A stretch of DNA of 64,000 nt. Source: an uncultured Chloroflexia bacterium. GTDB lineage: Bacteria > Chloroflexota > Limnocylindria > Limnocylindrales > CSP1-4. The stretch lies in NCBI GenBank assembly GCA_963699965.1, contig CAVOVX010000004.1, positions 452,944 to 516,943 of the forward strand, written 5' to 3'. Shown one piece after another: positions 18,581 to 27,773 of this stretch (the stretch's first letter is position 1; each line of letters opens with the position of its first letter). The notes beneath the pieces were generated by a model. It was not told the origin of the DNA and did no database searches. It was given only the letters and a program-made list of their open reading frames with translations. The position numbers and the translations under genes were made by a program.

Positions 18581-20695
18581 TCAGGCCCCGGGCGCCGCGA
18601 TCGTTTGTGCAGGCCCAGGACGCTCGGTCACGAGATCGACGTCCGCGAGCACCCGGACCCGGGTGGCCAGCAGGTACGCGATCACGTAGAGGCAGGCGAC
18701 CACGAACAGCAGTGAGCGGTAGCCGGCCAGCAGGGCGAGGTACTCGAAGACGCCACCGGCGAGCGCGCCGAGGAGATTGCTGGCGAACGACATGTCGGCG
18801 GTCTTGGTCTCCCGGAACGAGTGGCTGAACACGAGGTTGGCGAAGAACACGGGAGCGAACGCCACCGCAGCCGCGACACCGTAGCGGAGCGCCGGCGGGT
18901 CGAGCAGCAGCGATTCGGGCGGGAGGAGGGAGGCGACCGTGAGGGCCCCGAACAGGCCCACGTAAAGGAGTCCCGGGCGGCGGATCGGCCAGCGCCAGTT
19001 GACCAGGATGGCGAGGAGGACGGACGCCAGGATCGCGAAGAACGTCAGCGCGTTGACGAGCCAGGTCGTCCCGAACAGCAGGCTGAAGCTGACGAGGCTC
19101 CGGGTCTCGAGCAACAGGAAGGCCATCCCCAGCACGAAGAAGTGCGGGCTGAACCGGCGGATCGGGGTGTCGGTCGCGCGGGCCGCGCCGACCACGGCGA
19201 GTGGCGGCGAAGACGAGGACGAAGGCCAGCGCCGCGAGGTAGTACGGCGCGACATCGGGAACGCGCAGGTAGAGGAACGGCCAGTCGTCGGTCGCCGGCC
19301 GTGGATCCGGCACGCCCGCCGTCGGCACCGGATCGACCCGGTCGCCGGGTGGCGGACCGCCGGCCAGGGCGGCGACCGCGGGACCGCTCGCGAGCGCCGC
19401 CTGGACGCCACCGTACAGCCGCAGGAGCGGGGCATAGCCGAAGGCATCCCGGAGCATCGTGTCGAGCTTGGCCACGAGCCACGGCTCGCGGTAGTAGTTG
19501 TAGAGGACGAACACGCCGTTCGGGCCGAGGTGGTCGCGGACGCTCCGGAACGCCTCCTCGGTGAACAGGAACGACTCGAGGCGGACGTTCGCCGTCGTGC
19601 GACACCAGCGTGAGCGAATCGGGCAGCGCGAAGACGACGAGGTCGTAGCGGTCGGTCGAGTTCCTGAGGAACGCCCGGCCGTCGTTGATGTGGACGGTCA
19701 CCCGCGGATCCTAGTAGGGATGGTCAGGGTGGACCTCGGCGCCGATCGCCTGGATCGCCGGGTCGATCTCGACCGCGTCGACATGACCCGCGCCCCGGGC
19801 AAGGGCGAGCGCGGCGTCCGTCCCGCTGCCCGCGCCGACGACCAGGACGTTCTGGTAGGTCCGGCCCGGGAACCACTCGTAGATCTGGTCGTAGAACGGC
19901 TCCTTGGGGCAGGGCCCGTCGACGACCGGGTGGAGCGCCTGGTGCGGGATGCCGTTGACGTTGACGTTGACGATCCCGCACGCGTCGGCGTATTGGCTGA
20001 TCCGGTAGTAGGGCGACCAGATGTCGCCGCTACCCGCCTGGCCGACGAGGAGACCGAGCACGCCGATCGTGGCCGCGCCGTTGACGAGGGTCGCGGGCGT
20101 GATCCCGGCGCCCAGCGCCAGCAGCATCAGGAGCAGCGCGACGACGCCGAACCAGGCGAGCGGGTTCGTGCCGGCGGCGCACAGCACGGTGAACAGGGCG
20201 ATCCCGAGTCATCGACCCCACGATGTCGATCGCATAGGCGCGCAACGGGGGCATGCTTCGCAGGAGCGGGCCGAGGGGCAGCGCCAGGGCGGCCATCGCG
20301 GCCGTCACGAGCACGAACACGAGCGGCAGGACCAGGAAGTTGACGTCGGCGGCGCCGTTCTCGGCGAGGCCGAAGAACAGCTCGTCCTGGGAGCGGATCT
20401 GGACGTTGAGCTGGACGTTCAGGATGAGCGCGACGATCGCGAACAGCAGGACGGCGAACGGCGGGCGGGACGAGCGGCTCGTCCGCCGGCCGAGCAGGAT
20501 CCCGAGACCGATCCCAAGGAAGCTCGCCATGAGCAGGAAGTTCGAGAAGAAGCCGATGTAGCGGACCGTCGCCGGGATCCAGCGGATCAGCAGGAGCTCG
20601 ACGAACAGCAGCGTCGCACTGGTCAGGTAGAGCCGGACCGGTCCGCTCGCGAGCGGGGTCAGGGCGGGGACGATGGTTCGGCCGCGAGAGGTCAT
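18581..20695 (-). pseudogene. membrane-anchored spermidine/spermine synthase-family protein, several frame changes plus an in-frame TAG
   Basis: MTSRGRTIVPAL..LFVELLLIRWIPATVRYIGFFSNFLLMASFLGIGLG (20030..20770). NVLVVGAGSGTDAALALARGAGHVDAVEIDPAIQAIGAEVHPDHPY*DPRVTVHINDGRAFL (TAG at 19711-19713, same frame). YDLVVFALPDS; FVLYNYYREPWLVAKL; C-terminal TM block FFVLGMAFLLLETRSLVSFSLLFGTTW...FSHSFRE. Confidence 0.7.
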
Positions 20696-20818
20696 CCGCG
20701 GGAGGCTATCGGGCGCCCGGGGCACCTTCAAGCCGTACGAAGGGCGCCCACGATGCGACTTCTGGGGCACCGCCTGGCCAACCGCGCCCCGAGCCCCCCG
20801 TCGGTCAGGCCGGGCGGG

Positions 20819-22436
20819 TCAACCCCCGCAGGTGGTTCGATCGCGCGGTTCCACCCGGTAGATCGAGCGGGTAGTGGCGGCCGACGGTCCACCGGCTGCG
20901 ACCGGGACCGTGGTGAGCGAAGTCAGCACGTAGTCCCGGGTCAACGTCTGCAGGTCGCGCGGGTCGAGCCGGAGGACGTACACGGGTCGCTCGCAGACGA
21001 GCGACGCGATCCGCGCCTCGCGAGTTCCCCAGCCCTCGTAGACGATGTTCGTGTCATCGACGATCAGGAGGTCCGGCCGCGCGACCCTCGACGAACTTGG
21101 CATGCCACAGCGGGGTGGAGGCATCCCAGTACGACAGGATCGCCGCGTCGGCCGGCAACGCCGCGAGGGCCGCGTCGACGTAGGCATCGCCTGACTGGTC
21201 GTCGCTCCGATCGGCGGCAGTGAAGTTCAGCCCGGCCAGGGCCAGCGCGAGACACGAGCGCGATCAGGCCGACGGTGGCGCCGACCGCGCGCTCGAGGCG
21301 CAGGTCGGTCTGGCCGAGCCGCCGGACGATCCGGGTCGCGCCACGAGCGATCCACTCCAGCGCGACGGTCGCGCCGATCGCGATGATCAGCCACGGCACG
21401 AGCAGGTAGTGCTCGAGGCGGAGGTAGTTCGCCCAGACGTACGCGCCGCTGACGATGATCGCGACACAGAGCGAGCCCGAATGCCGTCCGGCGGCACGAG
21501 GAGGACCCGATCCCGATCAGGCCGAGGACCGGGAAGACCGCCGTCGCCTCGGGCCAGCGCGAGGTCGCGCAGCGCGCCGAGCGACTCGATGAACACCCCG
21601 GGGCCCTTCGCTGCGAGGAAGTCGAACTGGTCCGCGGAACTGGCGCCCGCTGACCAGCCACCAGAGCCCGTCGAGCGTCGTCGGGTGGTTGTACGGGAGC
21701 GGCGGCGTACGCGCTCGCCGCGAGCGGGATGTAGGCGTAGACCGACAGTCCGGCCGAGGACGGCCAGCAGGCCGGGCACGACGATCCACGGCCGCGCGAG
21801 CAGCTCGCGCCGCCCGACCCAGGCGACGAAGACGGACGACGAACGGCGCCACGAACAGCGGTGAGCAGGTGGTTGCCGAGCGCGAGACCGACGAGCAGGC
21901 CCCCGAGCACGAGGTCGACGCGGCCGTCGGCGCGCCGGCCCAGACGAGGGCCCGATGGATGAGCAGTGCGCACAGGAGCAGATGGAGCGGGTTGACCTCG
22001 GCGACGGTGGCTGCCGCCCAGACGGTCCCGACCGCGCCCAGGCGCGAGCGCCGCCGGCGATGGCCAGGATCGGCCGGACCCCAAGTCGTCCGGCGATCGC
22101 GCAGACCGTCGCCAGGGCGCCCGCAACGAGCACCGCCGACAGCAGGTTCAGCCGGAACGCGACCGACCCGATCGGGACGAGCTGGGCGAGCCAGCCCAGC
22201 AGGACATACGTCGGGTAGCCCGTCGGATGGGCGACCCCGAGCACGTGCGACACGGTCTGCATCTCGCCCCAGTCGCCAAACGCGATGCCGGGCAGGAGCG
22301 TCCGCAGGTACACGAGCAGCGAGACGAGGCCGACGATCGACGGCGCGAGCCAGGCCAGCCACGATCGGGCCGGGGACGACGAGCTCAGCACGGCCGTGCC
22401 CGCATCGTCGGGCCCGTCCGCTGGGTCGGGCGGCAT
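20819..22436 (-). pseudogene. DUF2723 (TMEM260-like) membrane glycosyltransferase family protein, several frame changes
   Basis: N-terminus LVYLRTLLPGIAFGDWGEMQTVSHVLGVAHPTGYPTYVLLGWLAQL (21387..22436). Later segments PWLIIAIGATVALEWI (21064..21399) and ARPDLLIVDDTNIVYEGWGTREARIASLVCERPVYVLRLDPRDL (20819..21187) lie in other frames. Confidence 0.65.
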
Positions 22437-22522
22437 CAGCGCATGGTAGCCGTGTCCGACCGAACGCCAGTCCGGACGAAGCGTGCGATAGTGAAGCTGG
22501 ATCGGGGCCGGTCCGGACGAGG

Positions 22523-22562
22523 CCAGCGATCGAACGACGGGGCCGGCGATCGAACGACGGGG
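22523..22562 (+). repeat. exact-phase tandem duplication of a 20-nt unit just upstream of the liaF-like start
   Basis: CCAGCGATCGAACGACGGGG / CCGGCGATCGAACGACGGGG, one mismatch. The second copy runs into the GGAGGA ribosome-binding site of the 22571 gene. Lies in the divergent intergenic region 22437-22570. Confidence 0.7.
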
Positions 22563-22570
22563 AGGACACC

Positions 22571-23074
22571 ATGCGACGCGTGATCGGACTGCTCGGCGTG
22601 CTCTCGCTTGTTGGCTTGGCCGCTCCGGCCCTCGCGGCCATGCGCGAGAAGACGCGCAGGGCGAGCGACGGCCGGGACACGTTCGACGAAACGGCCGACG
22701 AGCTCGACATCGCGGCGATCTTCGACTCGCTCGACGTCGTCAGTCGATCGGCCGCCTTCCGCGGCGGGGACGTCACCGCCTGGTACGGCGGAGGGACGCT
22801 CGACCTGCGTCAGGCGACGCTCGATCCGGACGGCGCCGAGCTGCGCGTCCGGGCAATGTTCGGCGGTCTCGAGATCGCCGTTCCCACGACCTGGCCGGTC
22901 GAGGTCCACAGCCGCGCGCTCCTCGCAGGAGCGGGTGACGCGCGGGATCCTGACGACGTCGATCCGAGCCTGCCGACGCTCGTAATCGACGCGCAGGCGA
23001 TCTTCGGCGGCGTGGCGATCGTCGGCGTCCCCGATGACTTCCGGCCCGCCCTCGAGGTGGCTCCGGCCGACTGA
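22571..23074 (+). CDS. LiaF-like / DUF2154 cell-envelope stress domain protein
   Basis: ATG 22571 after GGAGGA, in frame with shadow-extended track ORF 21689..23074. MRRVIGLLGVLSLVGLAAPALA signal/anchor. GGDVTAWYGGGTLDLRQATL..LRVRAMFGGLEIAVP..IDAQAIFGGVAIV repeats typical of LiaF C-terminal domains. Confidence 0.6.
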   Translation: MRRVIGLLGVLSLVGLAAPALAAMREKTRRASDGRDTFDETADELDIAAIFDSLDVVSRSAAFRGGDVTAWYGGGTLDLRQATLDPDGAELRVRAMFGGLEIAVPTTWPVEVHSRALLAGAGDARDPDDVDPSLPTLVIDAQAIFGGVAIVGVPDDFRPALEVAPAD

Positions 23075-23311
23075 TTCCGGGTCCTCCGGCCGGTGCGCGG
23101 ACGCGCCAGTGGGATGGGACTCTGGTACGTGGCATTACCGCAACGGATAGCCCAGACGGCGCCTTGACACTATCAGGACCCACGGCGACGATGGCCACAC
23201 CGATGGGCCTACCGGGTCTCTCGGTCGGGTAACACAGACCCGGGGGTCGCACCACCCCCAAGCCTCCCTCATTGGGAGGACTTCGGACGGAAAGGAGGTG
23301 CTGAGAGAGAC

Positions 23312-23494
23312 ATGCACGCGGTCCGAGAACGAGTCGTCCCGGGACGACCTCGTCAGCGGCCGACGGAGCAAGGTCAGGGCCTCGTCGAGTATGGACTCAT
23401 CCTGGTTCTCATCGCCATCGTCGCGATCATCTCCCTGATCTTCCTCGGCGGAACGCTTTCGAACATGATCAGCAACGTAGGCAACTCCGTCTGA
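23312..23494 (+). CDS. flp: Flp-family type IVb pilin
   Basis: Track ORF 23312..23494, preceded by AAAGGAGGTG. EQGQGLVEYGLILVLIAIVAIISLIFLGG contains the G/XXXXEY processing motif (G-QGLV-EY) and a hydrophobic helix. Confidence 0.75.
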   Translation: MHAVRERVVPGRPRQRPTEQGQGLVEYGLILVLIAIVAIISLIFLGGTLSNMISNVGNSV

Positions 23495-23518
23495 TCGCCC
23501 CCTCCGGCGAACGTCACT

Positions 23519-23558
23519 GACGCCCTCGTTTGGTCCACCAGGACCGATCGGGGGCGTC
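23519..23558 (+). terminator. compound hairpin after flp
   Basis: GACGCCC (23519-23525) pairs with GGGCGTC (23552-23558). Nested GGTCC-ACCA-GGACC (23532-23545). Followed by GGCGTTTCC. Starts 25 nt after the flp stop. Confidence 0.45.
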
Positions 23559-23742
23559 GGCGTTTCCGGGTCCACGACCGGCGGTTCGGGGCGGTCTGGT
23601 ACCCCCAGATGGGACCAACGTACGGCTTGGCGCTGGGGCGCCCGCACCCATACGCTCCCCCAGCAGCCGGCCGGAGTCCACCCGTCGCATCCGGACGGGC
23701 ATGAATATGGCCGGAAGACGCTTAGACGAGGCTGAACGAACC

Positions 23743-23937
23743 ATGGCATCGATGGCCATCAACGAACTCGGGCCGATGCTCACCGCGAGCGAGGTCGCCG
23801 ACATGCTCCACCTTCACGTCAACACCGTGAAGCGCCTGGGGGATCGCGGCGAGCTTCCGTTCTATCGCGTCTGCAAGCGGGGCGATCGACGCTTCCGCTA
23901 CGAAGACGTGATGAATTTCCTGGCCCGCAACCGCTAA
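23743..23937 (+). CDS. small excisionase/BldC-family (MerR-like) helix-turn-helix DNA-binding protein
   Basis: In frame with track ORF 23530..23937. MASMAINELGPMLTASEVADMLHLHVNTVKRLGDRGELPFYRVCKRGDRRFRYEDVMNFLARNR. In-frame alternative ATGs at 23701, 23707 and 23752. Confidence 0.6.
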   Translation: MASMAINELGPMLTASEVADMLHLHVNTVKRLGDRGELPFYRVCKRGDRRFRYEDVMNFLARNR

Positions 23938-23993
23938 GGCCCCGACCGCGCCCAACCCGGCCCACGCGGTCCATCGCTCCAGCCTCTTCCGAG

Positions 23994-24017
23994 AGCGCCC
24001 GCCGACCGGCGGGCGCT
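23994..24017. terminator. perfect 10-bp GC hairpin between convergent genes
   Basis: AGCGCCCGCC-GACC-GGCGGGCGCT. Lies between the HTH gene stop (23937) and the aminotransferase stop (24034). Confidence 0.6.
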
Positions 24018-24033
24018 TGCTGCTGTCCGGCCC

Positions 24034-25332
24034 TCAGACCTTGCCCAGGGCGTCCCAGAAGATCCCCAGCGCCTCGTCGACCTCGGCCGCCGAAGCGTCG
24101 ATCGGGGGAATCCAGCGGACGACCTGGTGGGCCGGTCCGCACGAGAGCACGAGCAGGCCGTCGTCGGCGCACTGGGCGAGGAGGGCCTCGACAGTGTCCC
24201 CGTCCGGCTCGCGAGTGGCCCGATCGGTGACGAACTCGACGCCGATCATGAGGCCCAGCCCACGCACGTCGCCGATCCGGGCGTCCTCGGCCCGGAAGCG
24301 CTCGAGACCGCCCAGGAGCTGATCGCCCCGGGCCGCCGCATTCGCGATGAGTCCCTCCCGCTCGATCGTCTCGAGGACCGCGATCCCCGCCGCGCAGGCG
24401 ACCGGGTTGCCGCCGTAGGTCGACCCGTGGGCGCTCTTGCCCCATCGTTCCTGGAGCTCGCGCCGGGTGGCGAGCGCCGAGAGCGGCAGCCCATTGGCGA
24501 TGGCCTTCGCGATGCACACCGCGTCCGGGACGATCCCGGCGTGCTCGAACGCCCACATCCGGCCGGTCCGGGCGTAGCCGGTCTGGACCTCGTCGGCGAT
24601 CAGCAGGATCCCGTGCTCGTCGCAGAACGCGCGCAGCTCGCGCAGGAACCCGAATGGCGCGGGCTGGTAGCCGCCCTCGCCCTGGATCGGCTCGATCAGG
24701 ATTGCCGCGACGCTGGTCGCCGGCACGATCGTCGACGTCAGGCGGTACAGCGCGTCCATGCAGGTCCGTGTTGCCAGCTCCTCGTCGCCGCCGAAGTCGC
24801 GGTAGACCGCCGGGAACGGAGTCAGGTAGACCGCCGGCAGGAGTGGCTCGTAGCCCGCCCGGTAGTTCAGGCTGGAGCTCGTGACCGAGGCCGCGCCGAA
24901 CGTCCGACCGTGGAACGCGCCCTGGAACGCGATGATCGCCGGCCGGCCCGTCGCGCGCCGGGCGAGCTTGAGCCCGGCCTCGATCGCCTCCGAGCCCGAG
25001 TTGAGGAAGAAGATCGTGTCGATCGGCACGGGCAGCGTCGCGGCCAGCCTGTCGGCCAGCCTGGCTACCGGCTCGCTATACCCAATCGCGCCGGTCGGCC
25101 CGATCAGGCGGTCCACCTGGGCGTGGATGGCGGCATTGACCGCGGGGTGGCCGTGGCCGAGCGTCGTCACCGCGATCCCGTTGGCGAAGTCGAGATACGC
25201 CTTGCCGGCCGTGTCGTACAGGTGATGGCCCGACCCGTGGCTCCAGCTCCGCTCGAAGTAGCGTCCGAGGACCGGCGAGATGTGGGCCGAGGCGTGCGAC
25301 GGCGCTGTTTCGAGCGTCTGGGGTTCGTCCAT
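24034..25332 (-). CDS. class III pyridoxal-phosphate aminotransferase (4-aminobutyrate/omega-amino acid type)
   Basis: Track ORF 24034..25332, intact. LNSGSEAIEAGLKLAR, ILIEPIQGEGGY, LLIADEVQTGYARTG, HGSTYGGNPVACAAG. Confidence 0.9.
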   Translation of the reverse strand: MDEPQTLETAPSHASAHISPVLGRYFERSWSHGSGHHLYDTAGKAYLDFANGIAVTTLGHGHPAVNAAIHAQVDRLIGPTGAIGYSEPVARLADRLAATLPVPIDTIFFLNSGSEAIEAGLKLARRATGRPAIIAFQGAFHGRTFGAASVTSSSLNYRAGYEPLLPAVYLTPFPAVYRDFGGDEELATRTCMDALYRLTSTIVPATSVAAILIEPIQGEGGYQPAPFGFLRELRAFCDEHGILLIADEVQTGYARTGRMWAFEHAGIVPDAVCIAKAIANGLPLSALATRRELQERWGKSAHGSTYGGNPVACAAGIAVLETIEREGLIANAAARGDQLLGGLERFRAEDARIGDVRGLGLMIGVEFVTDRATREPDGDTVEALLAQCADDGLLVLSCGPAHQVVRWIPPIDASAAEVDEALGIFWDALGKV

Positions 25333-25402
25333 GCTGCCGGAGTATATGGGGGCTCGAGCGTCGCGTTGGGACCGGCGCGGCAGACGAGGGTCCGCGGATC
25401 GG

Positions 25403-26477
25403 TCAGTCCCAGCTGCGAGGATCGGTCAGGCCGAGCTCCGCGTTGAGCCGCTGGGCGACTGCCCACGACCCACGGGTCTGGTTGCAGAGCACGACGATCG
25501 TGGTGGCGGCTGCGAGGTGATGCGATACGCGGGTCGACACCCCTGGATCGGATCCGCCGTGCCCGACGATCGTGACCTGGCCGTGCTCGACGACGAGCTC
25601 GCAGCCGTAGCCGTACTGCATCACGTCGTCCGACGGCGGCCCCTGTGGAGGTCATCATCGCGGCGACCATGGTCGGTGAGAGCAACCGACCGGCCAGCAG
25701 CGCGTCGACCAACCGGGCAAGGTCATCGGCCGTCGAGATCAGGCCGCCATCGGGCATCACGGCGACCGGGACGCTGAACGTGTTGGCGAGCCAGGTTCCG
25801 TACGGGTCATCGCTCGTGAGATAGCCCGTGGCGAGGCGGGCGGGCTCCTCGTCGAGGCCCTCGAGCCCCGAGTCGACCATGCCGGCGACCGCCAGCACCT
25901 CCTCGGCCACGACGTCGGCGAAGCCGCGACCGGTGACCGCCTCAATGACCAGCCCGGCCAGGACGAAGTTCGCATCGGTGTAACGGAACTCCGTGCCCGG
26001 GGCCGAGATCGCCGGGAGCGTGGCGAACAGCGGCAGCAGGTCGGCCGCACGGCGGACGCGATAGGTCGGGATCCGATCCCAGCACGCCGAGAACGACTCC
26101 CAGCCCTGGTCGCCGTCGTCGTGGTAGTCGGCGAGCCCGGAGGTGTGCGACAGCAGGTGATGGAGGGTGTGCTCGGATGTCATGGCGGCCGGCCGCCACT
26201 CCGCCGGAAGGATCCCGATCAGCGGCTGGTCAAGACGGACCAGGCCGCGCTCGACCAGGCGCAGGGCTGCCGTCGCGGTCACCAGCTTCGTCACAGACGC
26301 CACCGCGAACCGGGTCCGTCCGGTCACGGCGACGCCGTGGCCGCGATGGGCGAGACCGCCGGCATAGGAGAAGACCGGCAAGCCGTCGCGCCACACGAGC
26401 GCGACCCCGCTGAACTCGTGGTCGGCCGTCTGGCGGTCGAGCCAGGCGCGGAGCGCGTCCTCGTCCATGACCGTCAT
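25403..26477 (-). pseudogene. serine hydrolase (beta-lactamase/PBP4-like family), one frame change at a C/G run near 25641
   Basis: MTVMDEDALRAWL...FAVASVTKLVTATAALRL (SxxK)...YTDANFVLAG in track ORF 25167..26588. After ...AAMMTSTG the sequence continues as PPSDDVMQYGYGCELVVEHGQVTIVGHGGSDPG...(track ORF 25403..25624). Confidence 0.75.
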
Positions 26478-26558
26478 CTTGACGGCCTGGCGCGGTGGCA
26501 GAATGGCGACGCCGACGCCGAGGGTCGCGATCGACCCGTCTCGAGGGACTGCCCACTC

Positions 26559-27773
26559 GTGATCGACTTCTCGCTGACCGACGAACAACGCCTCGTCCAG
26601 CAGTCAGCCCGCGCGTTCGTCGAGGCCGAGATCCTGCCCCACATCCGGGAGTGGGACGAGAAAGGCGAGGTCCACCCGGAGGTCTTCGAGCGGATGGGCG
26701 CGCTCGGCTTCCTCGGGGCGCCGATCCCCGAGGCGTACGGCGGGGCCGGGATGGACTACATCAGCTTCGCGCTGCTGTGCGAGGAGCTCGAGCGAGGCGA
26801 CACCGCGTTCCGGGTCGTCCAGAGTGTCCACGTGGGGCTGAACTCGCTCACCCTCCTCCAATGGGGAACGGAGGTCCAGCGCCAGCGCTACCTCGTGCCC
26901 CAGGCGCGCGGCGAGAAACTGGCCACGTTCGGGTTGACCGAGCCCGGCGTCGGGACTGATGCCGGGGCGCTCCAGACCACGGCCCGACGCGAAGGTGACG
27001 TCTACGTCCTGAACGGCCAGAAGATCTGGATCAGCCTGGCCGATCTTGCGGACCACTTCCTGGTCTTCGCCACGGTCGACAGAACGATGAAGCACAAGGG
27101 CGTGACCGCGTTCATCGTCGAGCGAGGGTTCAAGGGGCTGTCCACGGGCACCCTCCACGGCAAGCTCGGTATCCGGGCCGGCAATACCGGCCTGGTCAAC
27201 CTCGACGGCTGCGAGGTGCCGGCCGACAACCGGCTGGGCGAGGAAGGGGAGGGCTTCCTCATCGCGATGAGCGCGATCGACCAGGGTCGGTACACGGTCG
27301 CGGCCGGCGCCGTCGGGCTCGCCCAGGCCTGCCTCGACGCGAGCCTGGCCTACGCCCACGAGCGCGAGACGTTCGGCCAGGAGATCGGCCGCCACCAGCT
27401 CGTCAAGCAGATGATCGCGAACATGGCCAAGGGCACCGAGATCGGGCGGCTCCTCGTGTGGCGCGCTGGCTGGCTCAAGAACCAGGGCCTGCGCAACACC
27501 CGCGAGACGAGCCTCGCGAAGTGGCACGCGACCGATCACTCGGTCCAGGCCGCGCTGGACGCGATCCAGATCCACGGGGCGAACGGCTACAGCAACGAGT
27601 TCCCGGTCGAGCGCTATCTGCGCAACGCCAAGGCCGCGGTCATCTACGAGGGGACGAGCCAGCTCCACACCCTGATCCAGGCCGACTATGCCCTCGGCTA
27701 CCGCGAGGACCGACCGCTCCGCTGCGAGCCCTGGCCGGCCCAGGGTTGGGAGCCCGGCGTCCGGGGGCCATGA
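26559..27773 (+). CDS. acyl-CoA dehydrogenase (glutaryl-CoA dehydrogenase-like)
   Basis: GTG 26559 in frame with track ORF 26121..27773. VIDFSLTDEQRLVQQSARAFVE, FGLTEPGVGTDAGA, YEGTSQLHTLIQA. Intact. Confidence 0.9.
   Translation: MIDFSLTDEQRLVQQSARAFVEAEILPHIREWDEKGEVHPEVFERMGALGFLGAPIPEAYGGAGMDYISFALLCEELERGDTAFRVVQSVHVGLNSLTLLQWGTEVQRQRYLVPQARGEKLATFGLTEPGVGTDAGALQTTARREGDVYVLNGQKIWISLADLADHFLVFATVDRTMKHKGVTAFIVERGFKGLSTGTLHGKLGIRAGNTGLVNLDGCEVPADNRLGEEGEGFLIAMSAIDQGRYTVAAGAVGLAQACLDASLAYAHERETFGQEIGRHQLVKQMIANMAKGTEIGRLLVWRAGWLKNQGLRNTRETSLAKWHATDHSVQAALDAIQIHGANGYSNEFPVERYLRNAKAAVIYEGTSQLHTLIQADYALGYREDRPLRCEPWPAQGWEPGVRGP

Noticed and set aside
19711-19713. Recoded TAG (pyrrolysine or programmed read-through) in the spermidine-synthase-like gene
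   Set aside because: There are no pyl genes and no recoding context. The gene also carries several frameshifts, so a simple nonsense change or base error is the economical explanation.
18416-22436. Genomic island integrated at tRNA-Arg
   Set aside because: There is no integrase, excisionase or transposase after the tRNA. I did not see a direct repeat of the tRNA 3' end downstream. The adjacent genes are ordinary envelope enzymes, although frame-broken.
23743-23937. Excisionase-fold gene as evidence for a prophage or integrative element
   Set aside because: There is no integrase, att repeat, phage or conjugation gene nearby. Small stand-alone proteins of this fold also act as chromosomal regulators (BldC type).
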